From Rhodothermales bacterium (GTDB taxonomy: Bacteria > Bacteroidota > Rhodothermia > Rhodothermales > VXPQ01), in NCBI GenBank assembly GCA_040904565.1, contig JBBDTI010000014.1:1-45079 (forward strand): a DNA stretch of 45,079 nucleotides. The letters are read 5' to 3'. Below the pieces are notes generated by a model. The model made no database searches. It had not been told where the DNA came from and saw only the letters and a list, made by a program, of their open reading frames with translations. Made by a program: the position numbers and the translations under genes. This document shows, piece by piece, positions 27,691 to 36,716 of this stretch (its first letter is position 1; each line of letters opens with the position of its first letter).

Positions 27691-28143
27691 ATGAGGAGAG
27701 ATTTTATCCATCAGCACTTCCAGAAGTCGGGGTTCGACGAGATGCAGGCCGACGCCCTTGCTGCCGTATTCGAGGAGATGGCGACGAAGCACGATCTCGA
27801 ACTGCTGAGATCCGAGCTGACGGCTAGCCTGAACGCGCTGAGGTTGGAGTTGACGGCGAGTCAGGACGCACTGAGAGCGGAGCTGAGGGCGGGCCATGAC
27901 GCACTGAGAGCGGAGTTGAGGGCGGGCCATGACGCACTGAGAGCGGAGCTGAGGGCGGGCCAAAATGCACTCAGGGCAGAGTTGATAGCGGGCCAGGATG
28001 CCTTCGGCAGTGAGATCAACGCGTCGCTGAGCGCGATTCGAACCGAGATGGCGACGATGAAGGCCGATCTGACCTGGCGTTTCATCGCGCTGACCGTCTT
28101 TCTATCGACCGTCGTGGGACTTATCGGCGTGTTTGCCGCATAG
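27691..28143 (+). CDS. DUF1640/CCDC90-like coiled-coil protein with C-terminal TM anchor
   Basis: SGFDEMQADAL...ATKHDL head, 11-aa repeats DALRAELRAGH, C-terminal hydrophobic helix. Confidence 0.75.
   Translation: MRRDFIHQHFQKSGFDEMQADALAAVFEEMATKHDLELLRSELTASLNALRLELTASQDALRAELRAGHDALRAELRAGHDALRAELRAGQNALRAELIAGQDAFGSEINASLSAIRTEMATMKADLTWRFIALTVFLSTVVGLIGVFAA
27799..27996 (+). repeat. 33-bp coding tandem repeat (about 6 units, 3 near-identical at 27865-27963)
   Basis: GACGCACTGAGAGCGGAG(C/T)TGAGGGCGGGCCA(T/A). Confidence 0.9.
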
Positions 28144-28216
28144 CACTTCCCCGTCGGCGAATCGAGATTAGCGTTTCACGGATGGTATCCTACCGGTTCG
28201 TTAGATACGAGACCGC

Positions 28217-29242
28217 TCACTCCTCCAGCGGTACGAACGCGAGCCCGTTGTTCGGATTCATCGGGATGACGAGCTGGTTGCCGCCCTCGTCGTAGCACAT
28301 GGACGCCGCACTCGGGATGTTCTCCGCGATGAGCTCGGCCGGCTCGCCCGGACGGATGCGCGAGACGCCGCCCTGACGGACGCTGCTGATGTACTTCGTC
28401 CCATCCTCCATGATCACGAGCCCGTCGTTGCCCGGCTGCGCGGCCTGCTCGGTCTGCACCAGGTTACCGTCGGCGTCAAACGTCATCACGGCGTCGTCGC
28501 CGATGTTCACCACGACGATGCGGCCCTGCGGATCGAAGGCGACGCCGTTCGGCTGGAACAGCGGCGCTCCCTCGACGACGACCTCGGAGCTTCCATTCGG
28601 ATTGATGCGCCAGAGCTTGAACGAGTTGGGATCCGGGTTCGGCCCGAAATCACCCGACTGTGAGGCGTAGATGGTACCGTCCTCCATGACCTCGATGTCG
28701 TTGAGCCACGGCGATCCGCCCACACGGACCTCCCCCGCCGGCTCGCCGGTTTCCATATCGAACCACCGGATGACGGCGACGCTCGGATCGTCCGGCGACG
28801 TGCCGCCGTCCCGATCCGCGACGTACAGGACGTCGTCTACGATGTCACTACCCAGCGGGTAGTTCAGCACGAGCGGCGGCTCCAGGCTGCTGCGGGCGCC
28901 GGGGGACTGCACGCCGATCCACCGGGGCGTGTGCACCGAGCCGTCGTGATTGATCAGCGAGATGAAACCGTCGTTGGCCAGTACGTTCTGGGGATTACCG
29001 CGGTTGGGCACGACGAGAAGATCCCGCACGGGATCGTACGAGCAGCTCTCGGCTGAAACGAGCGCTCCATACACTTTAACGTTGGACGACATGGGCGCGA
29101 AGCTGCCGTCATCGGACGGCTCAATCGGCACGCCCAGTGGATTGCCGACATAGTAGGGCCGGCTTTCCTGGGCGAGAGCAGCCGTGGTCAAAAAGCTCGC
29201 GGCGAGCAGTCCTGCGAATACGAGAAGGGGTATGCGTTTCAT
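28217..29242 (-). CDS. Secreted SMP-30/gluconolactonase-like beta-propeller protein
   Basis: Start reset to MKRIPLL (signal peptide ALA/Q); AES, LND, QPNGV, NDGL motifs. Confidence 0.75.
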   Translation of the reverse strand: MKRIPLLVFAGLLAASFLTTAALAQESRPYYVGNPLGVPIEPSDDGSFAPMSSNVKVYGALVSAESCSYDPVRDLLVVPNRGNPQNVLANDGFISLINHDGSVHTPRWIGVQSPGARSSLEPPLVLNYPLGSDIVDDVLYVADRDGGTSPDDPSVAVIRWFDMETGEPAGEVRVGGSPWLNDIEVMEDGTIYASQSGDFGPNPDPNSFKLWRINPNGSSEVVVEGAPLFQPNGVAFDPQGRIVVVNIGDDAVMTFDADGNLVQTEQAAQPGNDGLVIMEDGTKYISSVRQGGVSRIRPGEPAELIAENIPSAASMCYDEGGNQLVIPMNPNNGLAFVPLEE

Positions 29243-29358
29243 GGCTGGAGGGTCCTCTATAGGATTTCCTGAATGGAGCGACAGGGGTGACAGACGATCT
29301 AATAGGTGGATTACATGTACTGTAGGTAAGATATGCACGAGAGAGTTGACAGGAAATA

Positions 29359-30000
29359 ATGATGACCGGCATGGACGTTTTCGAACGCAACGCTTCCGAC
29401 TACGACGCCTGGTTCGAGGAGCACGCGGCCGCATACGCCTCCGAGCTGCAGGCCGTACGAGAACTGTGGCCTTCGGTAGGGATCGGACTCGAGATTGGTG
29501 TGGGCACGGGACGATTTGCCGCAGAGCTCGGTATTCGTTTTGGCGTGGAACCGGCAGCAGCCATGAGAGAGGCGGCCGAGAATCGCGGCCTCGAAGTGTT
29601 CAACGCGAAGGCCGAAGCGCTGCCGTTCGCGGACGAGACGTATGACGCCGTCTTGATGGTCACGACGGTTTGTTTCCTGGATGACCTGCCAAAGGCGTTC
29701 GAGGAAACGTATCGCGTTTTGAAGGGCCGGGGATATTTTGTCGTCGGGCTTATAGACCGGGACAGCTCGCTCGGCCGGCGCTACGAACGGCATAAGGACC
29801 GTAGCACGTTTTACAGCGCTGCCCGATTTCATTCCACAGGTAACGTCGCGCACGCGATGGAGGAGGCCGGATTCGTGGACCTCACGTATCGTCAGACGCT
29901 GTTCGGGGATCCCGACGCGATGCAAGAACCCGACCCGGTCCGGGTGGGATACGGCGACGGCGCGTTCGTCGTCATTCGCGGCCGGAAGCCCAGCGCATAG
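29359..30000 (+). CDS. Class I SAM-dependent methyltransferase
   Basis: GLEIGVGTGRF, GVEP, AEALPFADETYD, RVLKGRG. Confidence 0.9.
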   Translation: MMTGMDVFERNASDYDAWFEEHAAAYASELQAVRELWPSVGIGLEIGVGTGRFAAELGIRFGVEPAAAMREAAENRGLEVFNAKAEALPFADETYDAVLMVTTVCFLDDLPKAFEETYRVLKGRGYFVVGLIDRDSSLGRRYERHKDRSTFYSAARFHSTGNVAHAMEEAGFVDLTYRQTLFGDPDAMQEPDPVRVGYGDGAFVVIRGRKPSA

Positions 30001-30009
30001 GTAAGGAGC

Positions 30010-31851
30010 CTATTGTTTCCCCCAGAAGATAAACGTCCCCCGGTCGCCCGACGTGACGACGTCCACCGCGCCGTCGCCATTCAGATCCACAACTTCGAAC
30101 TGCGACCCGACGCCCGAGCGATTGTGAATGAGATTCGGCTCGAAGGCGAGTCCGCCCGGAACCGGCGCATTCTTCACCGTGCGAAACCAGTAGACCACAG
30201 CCGGGCTGTAGGGATCGGGATCGGTCGAGCTGTCGAGGTGCGCCCAGTAGCGCTTGCCCGTGACGAGGTCCGGGGTTCCATCCCCGTCCACATCCGCAAT
30301 CTCCACGCCGGAGTGAAGCTGCGAGAACGCCACGAAGTCGGGATTCTCATGCGTCAGGGTTCCCATAATGAGGTGCGGCTCGAAGGTGATACCACCCGAC
30401 GCGTCGCGCTGCTGCTCGAACCACGCGAGGCCCCAGCCGTGCGCGTTGAGGCTCGTCGCCACGTCATTCAATCCATCCCCATTCAGATCCACGACGGCCA
30501 TGTTCGCGCCGCCGCTCCCATCGATGCCACCCGCTTCCGTAAAGGGAAAGGCGTGGTAGGTCCACGTACCGCTCTTCGCACCCGTGGCAGGCTGTTCCAA
30601 CCATCCATCCGGGAAGAGGACGTCGGCGCGGCCGTCTCCGTTCACGTCGCCGGCCCCGAGCCCGTGAATCGTATTCCCGAAGCCCATGGGCTCGGATACC
30701 TGATAGACCGTCCACAGCGAGGTCGGGTCGTTCGGGTCGGGCTCGGCGTAGGCTAATATGCCCTCGTCGGCCGTATGAACGACTTCCGGCTCACCGTCAC
30801 CGTCCATATCGTGCAGAATCGTCGTTTCCGAGATAATGTCCGGTATCGCCTCATGGCGGGTCCACCGGCGGCTCTCGCCCCGCGGGTTGACGTAGAGCAC
30901 CATGGCCCGCGACTCGGTCGCCAGCACATCCGGCCATCCGTCGCCCGTAAAGTCGTGGGCGTGCGTCACCATATCCTCCGTGTACTCGGTGCTCGGATTG
31001 TACGTGACACCGAGGTACACCTCTTTTCGCGTCGTGAAGTCCGGTCCCAGATAGATGTAGGGGCCCGCGACGACATCCAGCACCCCATCCTGATTGAAGT
31101 CGGCGATCCCCGTATCCCACGCGTAGTAGAACTCGTCGAGCTGCTGCAGGGTGAAGTCGTCGGAGGTCTGCTCCGGGGCGATGTGACGCATGTTGTAATC
31201 GGCTACGCCAACGTCGACGAACTCGACGGCGTCCGACCCTCCGACGTAAAGTGCAACCGGACCGTAGCCACTGGATCCGTCGCCCGTAACACCGCTCGGA
31301 CCGCCCCAGCCGTTGAGATGGGCCCTCACGACGTTGGCGTCGAGTACGATCGTAAGCTCCTGCCACCCGTCTCCGTCAAACGAAACCAACTCGGACGGCT
31401 CGGAAGCATCCGCGGCAATCCGCACTTGCGATCCCACGCGAAGAAGACGTTCCCGGCTGTCGATGCTTCCATCGTCTCCCAGCGAAACACGAAAGAATCC
31501 TGCCTCATCCGAGAGATCGAGAAAGACGCCCTCGTATCCGTCGTCGGTCTCCTCCATCCGAAGCAGCACACCCGTATTGCATGCCTCTGCACAGCGAAAA
31601 CGTAGATACATCTGTACGTCCTGATACGAGCGATCGAGCACCAACCAGCCGGACGCTCCGCCCGGCGTACCGGTGATGACGCCGCTGTCGGCCTCCCATG
31701 CTGCGTCACCGAGCATGTGCCAGTCGGAAAGGCTCGACCCCTGGAACGTCCAGTCTGCCTCAAAGTGCGGCGTCGGCTGCGCCACCGCCGCGAGCGGCAG
31801 AAACAGGGCGAGAAGTGCGATAATCCAGTTCGACTGCTTTGGGAGCATCAT
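30010..31851 (-). CDS. Secreted DUF1080-like + FG-GAP/VCBS-repeat protein
   Basis: Start reset to MMLPKQ (signal AVA/Q); FQGSSLSDW, CNTGVLLR; multiple DxNxDGxxD repeats. Confidence 0.8.
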   Translation of the reverse strand: MMLPKQSNWIIALLALFLPLAAVAQPTPHFEADWTFQGSSLSDWHMLGDAAWEADSGVITGTPGGASGWLVLDRSYQDVQMYLRFRCAEACNTGVLLRMEETDDGYEGVFLDLSDEAGFFRVSLGDDGSIDSRERLLRVGSQVRIAADASEPSELVSFDGDGWQELTIVLDANVVRAHLNGWGGPSGVTGDGSSGYGPVALYVGGSDAVEFVDVGVADYNMRHIAPEQTSDDFTLQQLDEFYYAWDTGIADFNQDGVLDVVAGPYIYLGPDFTTRKEVYLGVTYNPSTEYTEDMVTHAHDFTGDGWPDVLATESRAMVLYVNPRGESRRWTRHEAIPDIISETTILHDMDGDGEPEVVHTADEGILAYAEPDPNDPTSLWTVYQVSEPMGFGNTIHGLGAGDVNGDGRADVLFPDGWLEQPATGAKSGTWTYHAFPFTEAGGIDGSGGANMAVVDLNGDGLNDVATSLNAHGWGLAWFEQQRDASGGITFEPHLIMGTLTHENPDFVAFSQLHSGVEIADVDGDGTPDLVTGKRYWAHLDSSTDPDPYSPAVVYWFRTVKNAPVPGGLAFEPNLIHNRSGVGSQFEVVDLNGDGAVDVVTSGDRGTFIFWGKQ

Positions 31852-32036
31852 GGTCGTCTCGGGTACGTCGTTCGCTAAAAAGGGATAGGCGTCTCGTGGG
31901 GACCATATTACGCGATGCGCACCGCCCCTGCGGTGTCGCATCTTTAGGGGATCCTGTACCATCTTTCGATGACGCACGCCGACGTTCGCTGGACGATGTA
32001 ATTCCGGACGCACGCCTCGTGCGTGAAACGCCCGGG

Positions 32037-33527
32037 TTATATCTCCCAGCCCTTTCTGTACGTCCGCCCGACAAACTGATTGGCCTCTTCGAGGTTCGTG
32101 ATGCGCATGTTCTCGCCGTCCCACAGCAGCTTCCGGCGGGCGTAGAATTCCACGTCGCCATCGCTGTCTTCCTTGCGCAGCATGTAGCTGCGGATGGCGA
32201 GGTTGCCCATGAGGACCGTCTCCGTCATCGGACCGGCATAGTCGAACGAGGACGTAAGGGCCTTGTGCTCGGGGCTTCCAAAGCCGGCCTTGCAGGCATC
32301 CACCCAACGGCGCTGGTGGCCGTATTCGGGCTCGTCGTTCGGCTCCGTCTCGGGGCCGAATTCCTGCGTCCCGTCGTTTAGATACAGCTTCGGCATCAGC
32401 GGCGAGCTGTCGTTGATATTCGTGGAGATGACACCCTTCTCCCCGATCATCAGCACGCCGTTCGCGCTGTTACGGCCGCCGATGTCGTGGTCGGCCGGGA
32501 TGGCGTCCGGATGAGGAGGCCGGATGCCGCCGTCCATCCAAGTCATCTCGATGGGCGCCCGGCTCTTGTCGGTCGCGTCGAAGTGCAGGGTGATGAGCGA
32601 CGAAGCCGGAGCTCCCTCCGGATGATAGTCGGGCGTCCACATGCCCGTATAGATCGTCCCCACGCTGCATTCGGCGTCCGTGGGATAGTGCAGATCGAGC
32701 GTCCGGAAGGGAATGTCGATGAGGTGACAGCCCACGTCGCCCAGTGCTCCCGTGCCGAAGTCCCACCAGCCGCGCCAGCTGAAGGGATGCAGGCCGGGCC
32801 GATAGGGTCGTTCGGAGGCCGGCCCCAACCACAGGTCCCAGTCGAGTGCCCCCGGTCTCTGGCTCGGATCGGGTTCCGAGGGCGCGACGCCCTGCGGCCA
32901 GACCGGACGGTTCGTCCACACCTCAACCTTCGAAATCTGTCCGATGACGCCGTCATCCACCCATCTCTGTACCATCCCCAGCAGCGGATTCGACGCGCCC
33001 TGGTTCCCCATCTGCGTGACGACCTGATGCTCCCGCGCCATCTCCGTCAGCAGACGTGCCTCGCGGATGTTGTGGGTGATGGGCTTCTGGACGTAGACGT
33101 GCACGCCCCGCTCCATGGCGAGCTTCGCTGCCGGCGCGTGATTGTGATCGGGCGTCGAAATCGTGACGGCGTCGATGTCCGTCATCTCATCCAGCATGAC
33201 GCGGTAGTCGGCGTAACGCATCGCGTCCGGAAATCGCTCGACGGAATTGGAGGCGGATCCCGAGAAATCCACGTCACACAGCGCCGCCACACGCTCGCGC
33301 CCGTCCACCGATGCATTACGGATGTCGCTCGCACCTTTACCGCCCGCACCGATCGCCGCCAGGTTCAGCTGATCGCTAGGCGCCGTGTACCCGGGTCCAC
33401 CCAGCACGTGCCGGGGAAAGATGAGAAAGGAGCTGCCTACGGCGGCCTTCTTCAGGAAGGACCGGCGGGAGGTGCGTGCGTTCTTCGATTCAGACTTCTT
33501 CGATTCAGATTTCTTAGACCGGTGCAT
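32037..33527 (-). CDS. Tat-exported Gfo/Idh/MocA oxidoreductase
   Basis: SRRSFLK, IGAGGKG, STPDHNH, YVQKP, QMGNQ, WDLWLGPA, WRGWWDFGTGALGD. Confidence 0.92.
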   Translation of the reverse strand: MHRSKKSESKKSESKNARTSRRSFLKKAAVGSSFLIFPRHVLGGPGYTAPSDQLNLAAIGAGGKGASDIRNASVDGRERVAALCDVDFSGSASNSVERFPDAMRYADYRVMLDEMTDIDAVTISTPDHNHAPAAKLAMERGVHVYVQKPITHNIREARLLTEMAREHQVVTQMGNQGASNPLLGMVQRWVDDGVIGQISKVEVWTNRPVWPQGVAPSEPDPSQRPGALDWDLWLGPASERPYRPGLHPFSWRGWWDFGTGALGDVGCHLIDIPFRTLDLHYPTDAECSVGTIYTGMWTPDYHPEGAPASSLITLHFDATDKSRAPIEMTWMDGGIRPPHPDAIPADHDIGGRNSANGVLMIGEKGVISTNINDSSPLMPKLYLNDGTQEFGPETEPNDEPEYGHQRRWVDACKAGFGSPEHKALTSSFDYAGPMTETVLMGNLAIRSYMLRKEDSDGDVEFYARRKLLWDGENMRITNLEEANQFVGRTYRKGWEI

Positions 33528-33712
33528 CGGTACGGACGTGAATTGCTGAGAGGGCTCCAGCGTGCAGGTTAACGCATTTCAAGCTCGCCCACAAGCCGTC
33601 CGATTGCGTAAGGTTCTTTACGGCCACTCGACGAGCACACGCTCGTAACGCATGAGCACGAGTTACAACCTACATATCCATCGCGATGAGTAAACTAAAT
33701 TCATGATGCCTT

Positions 33713-35047
33713 TTGTCCCGACGGCTACTCCTCTTCTTTTTCACGCTGACTATCCCGTTCGCGCTCGGCCCTCCAGAGGCGTCCGGACAGTCTGACCGCG
33801 CCAGAGGCGGCGAGAGCCGAACGGATATGCTTCGCGAGGCGCGTGTGGCCCGAGCAGACAGCGTGCGTCCTCCGCAACGTTCCACGCTCCACCGAGTGCT
33901 CCTGGCGACTGAGAACCGCACGCTGCTTCAGCGGATCCCGTCGCTGTCCATCTACGGCTTTCGACCCGGCTTCGGCGGCATTCAGGGTGGTGCCGGAACG
34001 ACTGCAGGCGCCGTATACGACCCGGCATACGTCCCGCAAGGATGGAACCTCCTCGTGGACGGTCTCGCGAGCACGAAGCGCTACTGGCAGGCGCGCCTCC
34101 TCCTCGGATACGATGCGGGGCGGACCGTCTTCTACGGCTTCGCGCGGTATCGACACCTGCCCGAAGAAGGCTTCTGGGGAGTCGGACCGACAACGTCTCT
34201 CGACAACGAATCGGATTATCGGCTGGATGACGCGCTCGTCGGCGGCCTGCTAGGCTACCAGCTGAGTGACAGAGCAAACATCGGTGTGCAGGTAGGGTAC
34301 CGAAATAACTGGCCCGGGCCCGGGCGCGACCCCGAGCATCCAAACGTCGACGATCGATACCAGGCCGGCGAACTCCCTGGTCTTTCGTCGACGATCCGCC
34401 ACCTCGTACTGGGCGGATTCGCCGAATGGGACGGCCGAAATCCTTCGCGTCCCTTCGGTTCCGGCCGCCGATATGCGCTGGTCGACACACGCCTCGATGG
34501 ACTCTCGTTCGACGCCAAACATGGTTTTTACGCCCTTGCGGAAGTCTCCCACCAGATCCACATCGACGCGGAAGACCGGGCTGACGAGCATTTTTCGTAC
34601 GTGCTGGGACGCGTCGTCCTTCAAGAATATGCAGCCTTCCGCCGAGGCATGCAGCGCATTGCATTCCAGCAGGTCGCGGCCTATTCGAAGGTCACAAACG
34701 ACCGGTTCGGAGCCGTCCCTTTCTACGACCTGCCCTCGCTCGGTGGATCGAACTCACTGCGTGGATTCGACAACCTGCGATTCCGTGACCGCGGCTCCAT
34801 GATGATCAATGCCGAATATCGCTGGCAGATCTGGCATTTCACGGATCTGGTGGCCTTTGTGGACGCCGGCCAGGTGTTTCGAGATGTCCGCGACATCGAC
34901 CTTGACGACACGGCTGTTTCATACGGCGGGGGCATTCGCTTCAAGCTCGGTACCCTGCATCAGGGCCATCAGTCGTTCGCCCGACTGGAAGCAGCCACGG
35001 GTAAAGATGGGGCGCGCATTATCTTCAAGTACGGAAGCTTTTTCTAA
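33713..35047 (+). CDS. Omp85 (BamA/TamA-family) outer membrane beta-barrel without obvious POTRA domains
   Basis: Signal peptide; LGGSNSLRGFDNLRFRD, NAEYRW, FVDAGQV, SYGGGIRF, terminal Phe. Confidence 0.85.
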   Translation: MSRRLLLFFFTLTIPFALGPPEASGQSDRARGGESRTDMLREARVARADSVRPPQRSTLHRVLLATENRTLLQRIPSLSIYGFRPGFGGIQGGAGTTAGAVYDPAYVPQGWNLLVDGLASTKRYWQARLLLGYDAGRTVFYGFARYRHLPEEGFWGVGPTTSLDNESDYRLDDALVGGLLGYQLSDRANIGVQVGYRNNWPGPGRDPEHPNVDDRYQAGELPGLSSTIRHLVLGGFAEWDGRNPSRPFGSGRRYALVDTRLDGLSFDAKHGFYALAEVSHQIHIDAEDRADEHFSYVLGRVVLQEYAAFRRGMQRIAFQQVAAYSKVTNDRFGAVPFYDLPSLGGSNSLRGFDNLRFRDRGSMMINAEYRWQIWHFTDLVAFVDAGQVFRDVRDIDLDDTAVSYGGGIRFKLGTLHQGHQSFARLEAATGKDGARIIFKYGSFF

Positions 35048-35051
35048 TCCT

Positions 35052-36710
35052 ATGGCCCTGCACGACTGGATCCACGTCGGCAGCCTAACTGCGCTGCTGT
35101 TCAGCCTGACGCTCGCGCCCGCCGCGGGCGCCCAGGTGTTTTTTGTTGACGATCCTATCCAGAAGGACCCCGACCGCGTTCCGCTCGACCGCGAGCCGGA
35201 GGAATACCCTGTCTCGGATTTATTCAACGCACTCGACGTCACGATCCGCACGCCCGGTCATGCCGACGGCCCGGCTCCAAACGTCAACACGCTCGGTGAC
35301 GTGCCGGCTTCCAGCTGGTACGAGCCCCGCCACTACGCTCGACCGATGACGCCGGCCGAGCTGGCTCGGGGCCCGAACACCACCGGGGGACCGACCGGAG
35401 AAATGTGGACCGTCGTCAGCATCAAGGAGGAGGGGGTCACACCGGGCTTGACAATCCTGGACGGCCGGGGGCTTCGCTACATGCTTAAATTCGATGGAAA
35501 AAAATATCCGGCCATGGCGTCGGCGGCCGAAGCGATCACGACGAAAATATTCTATGCCCTCGGATATCACGTGCCGGAGAATTATATCACCCATTTCAGG
35601 CCGGAGCAGCTCGTTCCGGACACCGCCGAAGGGATTCGGCAGTCGGACATCGCCGAGCTTATCGGAGAACTCACGACGTACGGCGAAGGGCGACATCGCG
35701 CGCTGGCCAGTCTCTTCCTCAACGGCGTGCCGATCGGACCGTTCACCTACTACGGAAGGCGGTCGGATGACCCTAACGACCTCTATCCCCACGAAGCGCG
35801 TCGCGAGCTCCGCGGGATGCGCCTGGCGGCCGCGTGGACGGACCACTTCGACTCGCGCGCCCAAAACTCACTCGACATGATCGTCGAGCGGGAGGACGGC
35901 ACAGGCCGGTACGTGCGGCATCACCTGATCGACTTCGGCACGACGCTCGGCGGGGGAGCGCTCGGACCAAAGCGATTGTGGTATGGTGCGGAATATGCCT
36001 TCGAACTCGATGCCATCCTCGCGCGGACCGTAACCCTGGGCATTGCCCGCTCTTCGTGGGCGTCTCACAGCTTTCCCGACATCCCGCACGTCGGATTTTT
36101 CGATGCCGAACAGTTCGATCCGGTAGGCTGGAAGCCGGGATTTCCGAACCCCGCCTTTCGGCGTATGGACGCGCGTGATGGCTTCTGGATGGCCAAGCAG
36201 ATCGCACGATTTGACGATGCCGGCATAGAGGCCATCGTCCGCTCTGCTGAGTATCCCGACGAAGCAGCGACCCGTCACGTGACCGAAACGCTCGCCGAAC
36301 GACGGGATCAGATCGCGGATGCGTATCTGACGCTGGGCGGCGGCATCGACGCCTTTGAAACCAAAAAAACGCCTGGCGGGACCGTCCTGACCTTTCGCGA
36401 GCTGCTGCCCGAAAAAACCGGCAACTCGCGCACCGTAGCGTGGCATCGCTTCGACAATGCGTTCGATGCGGAAGGCGGCCCCGCCGTCGGACCGTCGTTC
36501 AAAGAGGAAGAAATCGAAGACAATGCTGTCGCAGTGCCGGACCACTCCCACGAATTTATGGTCGCGGTCATCAAGACGCCCGGATATGGGGCCACGCGCG
36601 TTTTCTTGCGGAAGCGAAATCCGACGCCGGCTTCCGGGGAGGCCACCTTCGAGGTGGTCGGCATTCAACGCCGTTCGAGTGACGAGCACTTCAAGCCGGG
36701 TTGGGGCTAA
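35052..36710 (+). CDS. Secreted protein with predicted atypical kinase fold (HipA/PI3-4K/CotH-like)
   Basis: Start reset to ATG 35052; signal peptide AAGA/Q; KEEGVTPG, YMLKFD, AEAI, GYHVP, HFDSRAQN, LIDFG in canonical order. Confidence 0.7.
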   Translation: MALHDWIHVGSLTALLFSLTLAPAAGAQVFFVDDPIQKDPDRVPLDREPEEYPVSDLFNALDVTIRTPGHADGPAPNVNTLGDVPASSWYEPRHYARPMTPAELARGPNTTGGPTGEMWTVVSIKEEGVTPGLTILDGRGLRYMLKFDGKKYPAMASAAEAITTKIFYALGYHVPENYITHFRPEQLVPDTAEGIRQSDIAELIGELTTYGEGRHRALASLFLNGVPIGPFTYYGRRSDDPNDLYPHEARRELRGMRLAAAWTDHFDSRAQNSLDMIVEREDGTGRYVRHHLIDFGTTLGGGALGPKRLWYGAEYAFELDAILARTVTLGIARSSWASHSFPDIPHVGFFDAEQFDPVGWKPGFPNPAFRRMDARDGFWMAKQIARFDDAGIEAIVRSAEYPDEAATRHVTETLAERRDQIADAYLTLGGGIDAFETKKTPGGTVLTFRELLPEKTGNSRTVAWHRFDNAFDAEGGPAVGPSFKEEEIEDNAVAVPDHSHEFMVAVIKTPGYGATRVFLRKRNPTPASGEATFEVVGIQRRSSDEHFKPGWG

Positions 36711-36716
36711 TCCTTT

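Noticed and set aside
27799-27996. CRISPR array
   Set aside because: Units are head-to-tail with no unique spacers, in frame within a CDS, and no cas genes are present.
31914-31942. Hairpin GATGCG-CACCGC-CCCT-GCGGTG-T-CGCATC as a terminator or riboswitch
   Set aside because: No U-tract on the transcribed (minus) strand and no recognisable aptamer; at most a stabilising stem.
31852-32307. N-terminal extension of the 765-aa ORF; likewise extensions at 29243-29434, 34809-35051 and 16561-16731
   Set aside because: They overlap neighbouring genes; signal peptides or RBS indicate the downstream starts used above.
33481-33514. 15-bp tandem duplication encoding KKSES twice
   Set aside because: Lies in the unconstrained n-region of a Tat signal; no sign of function.
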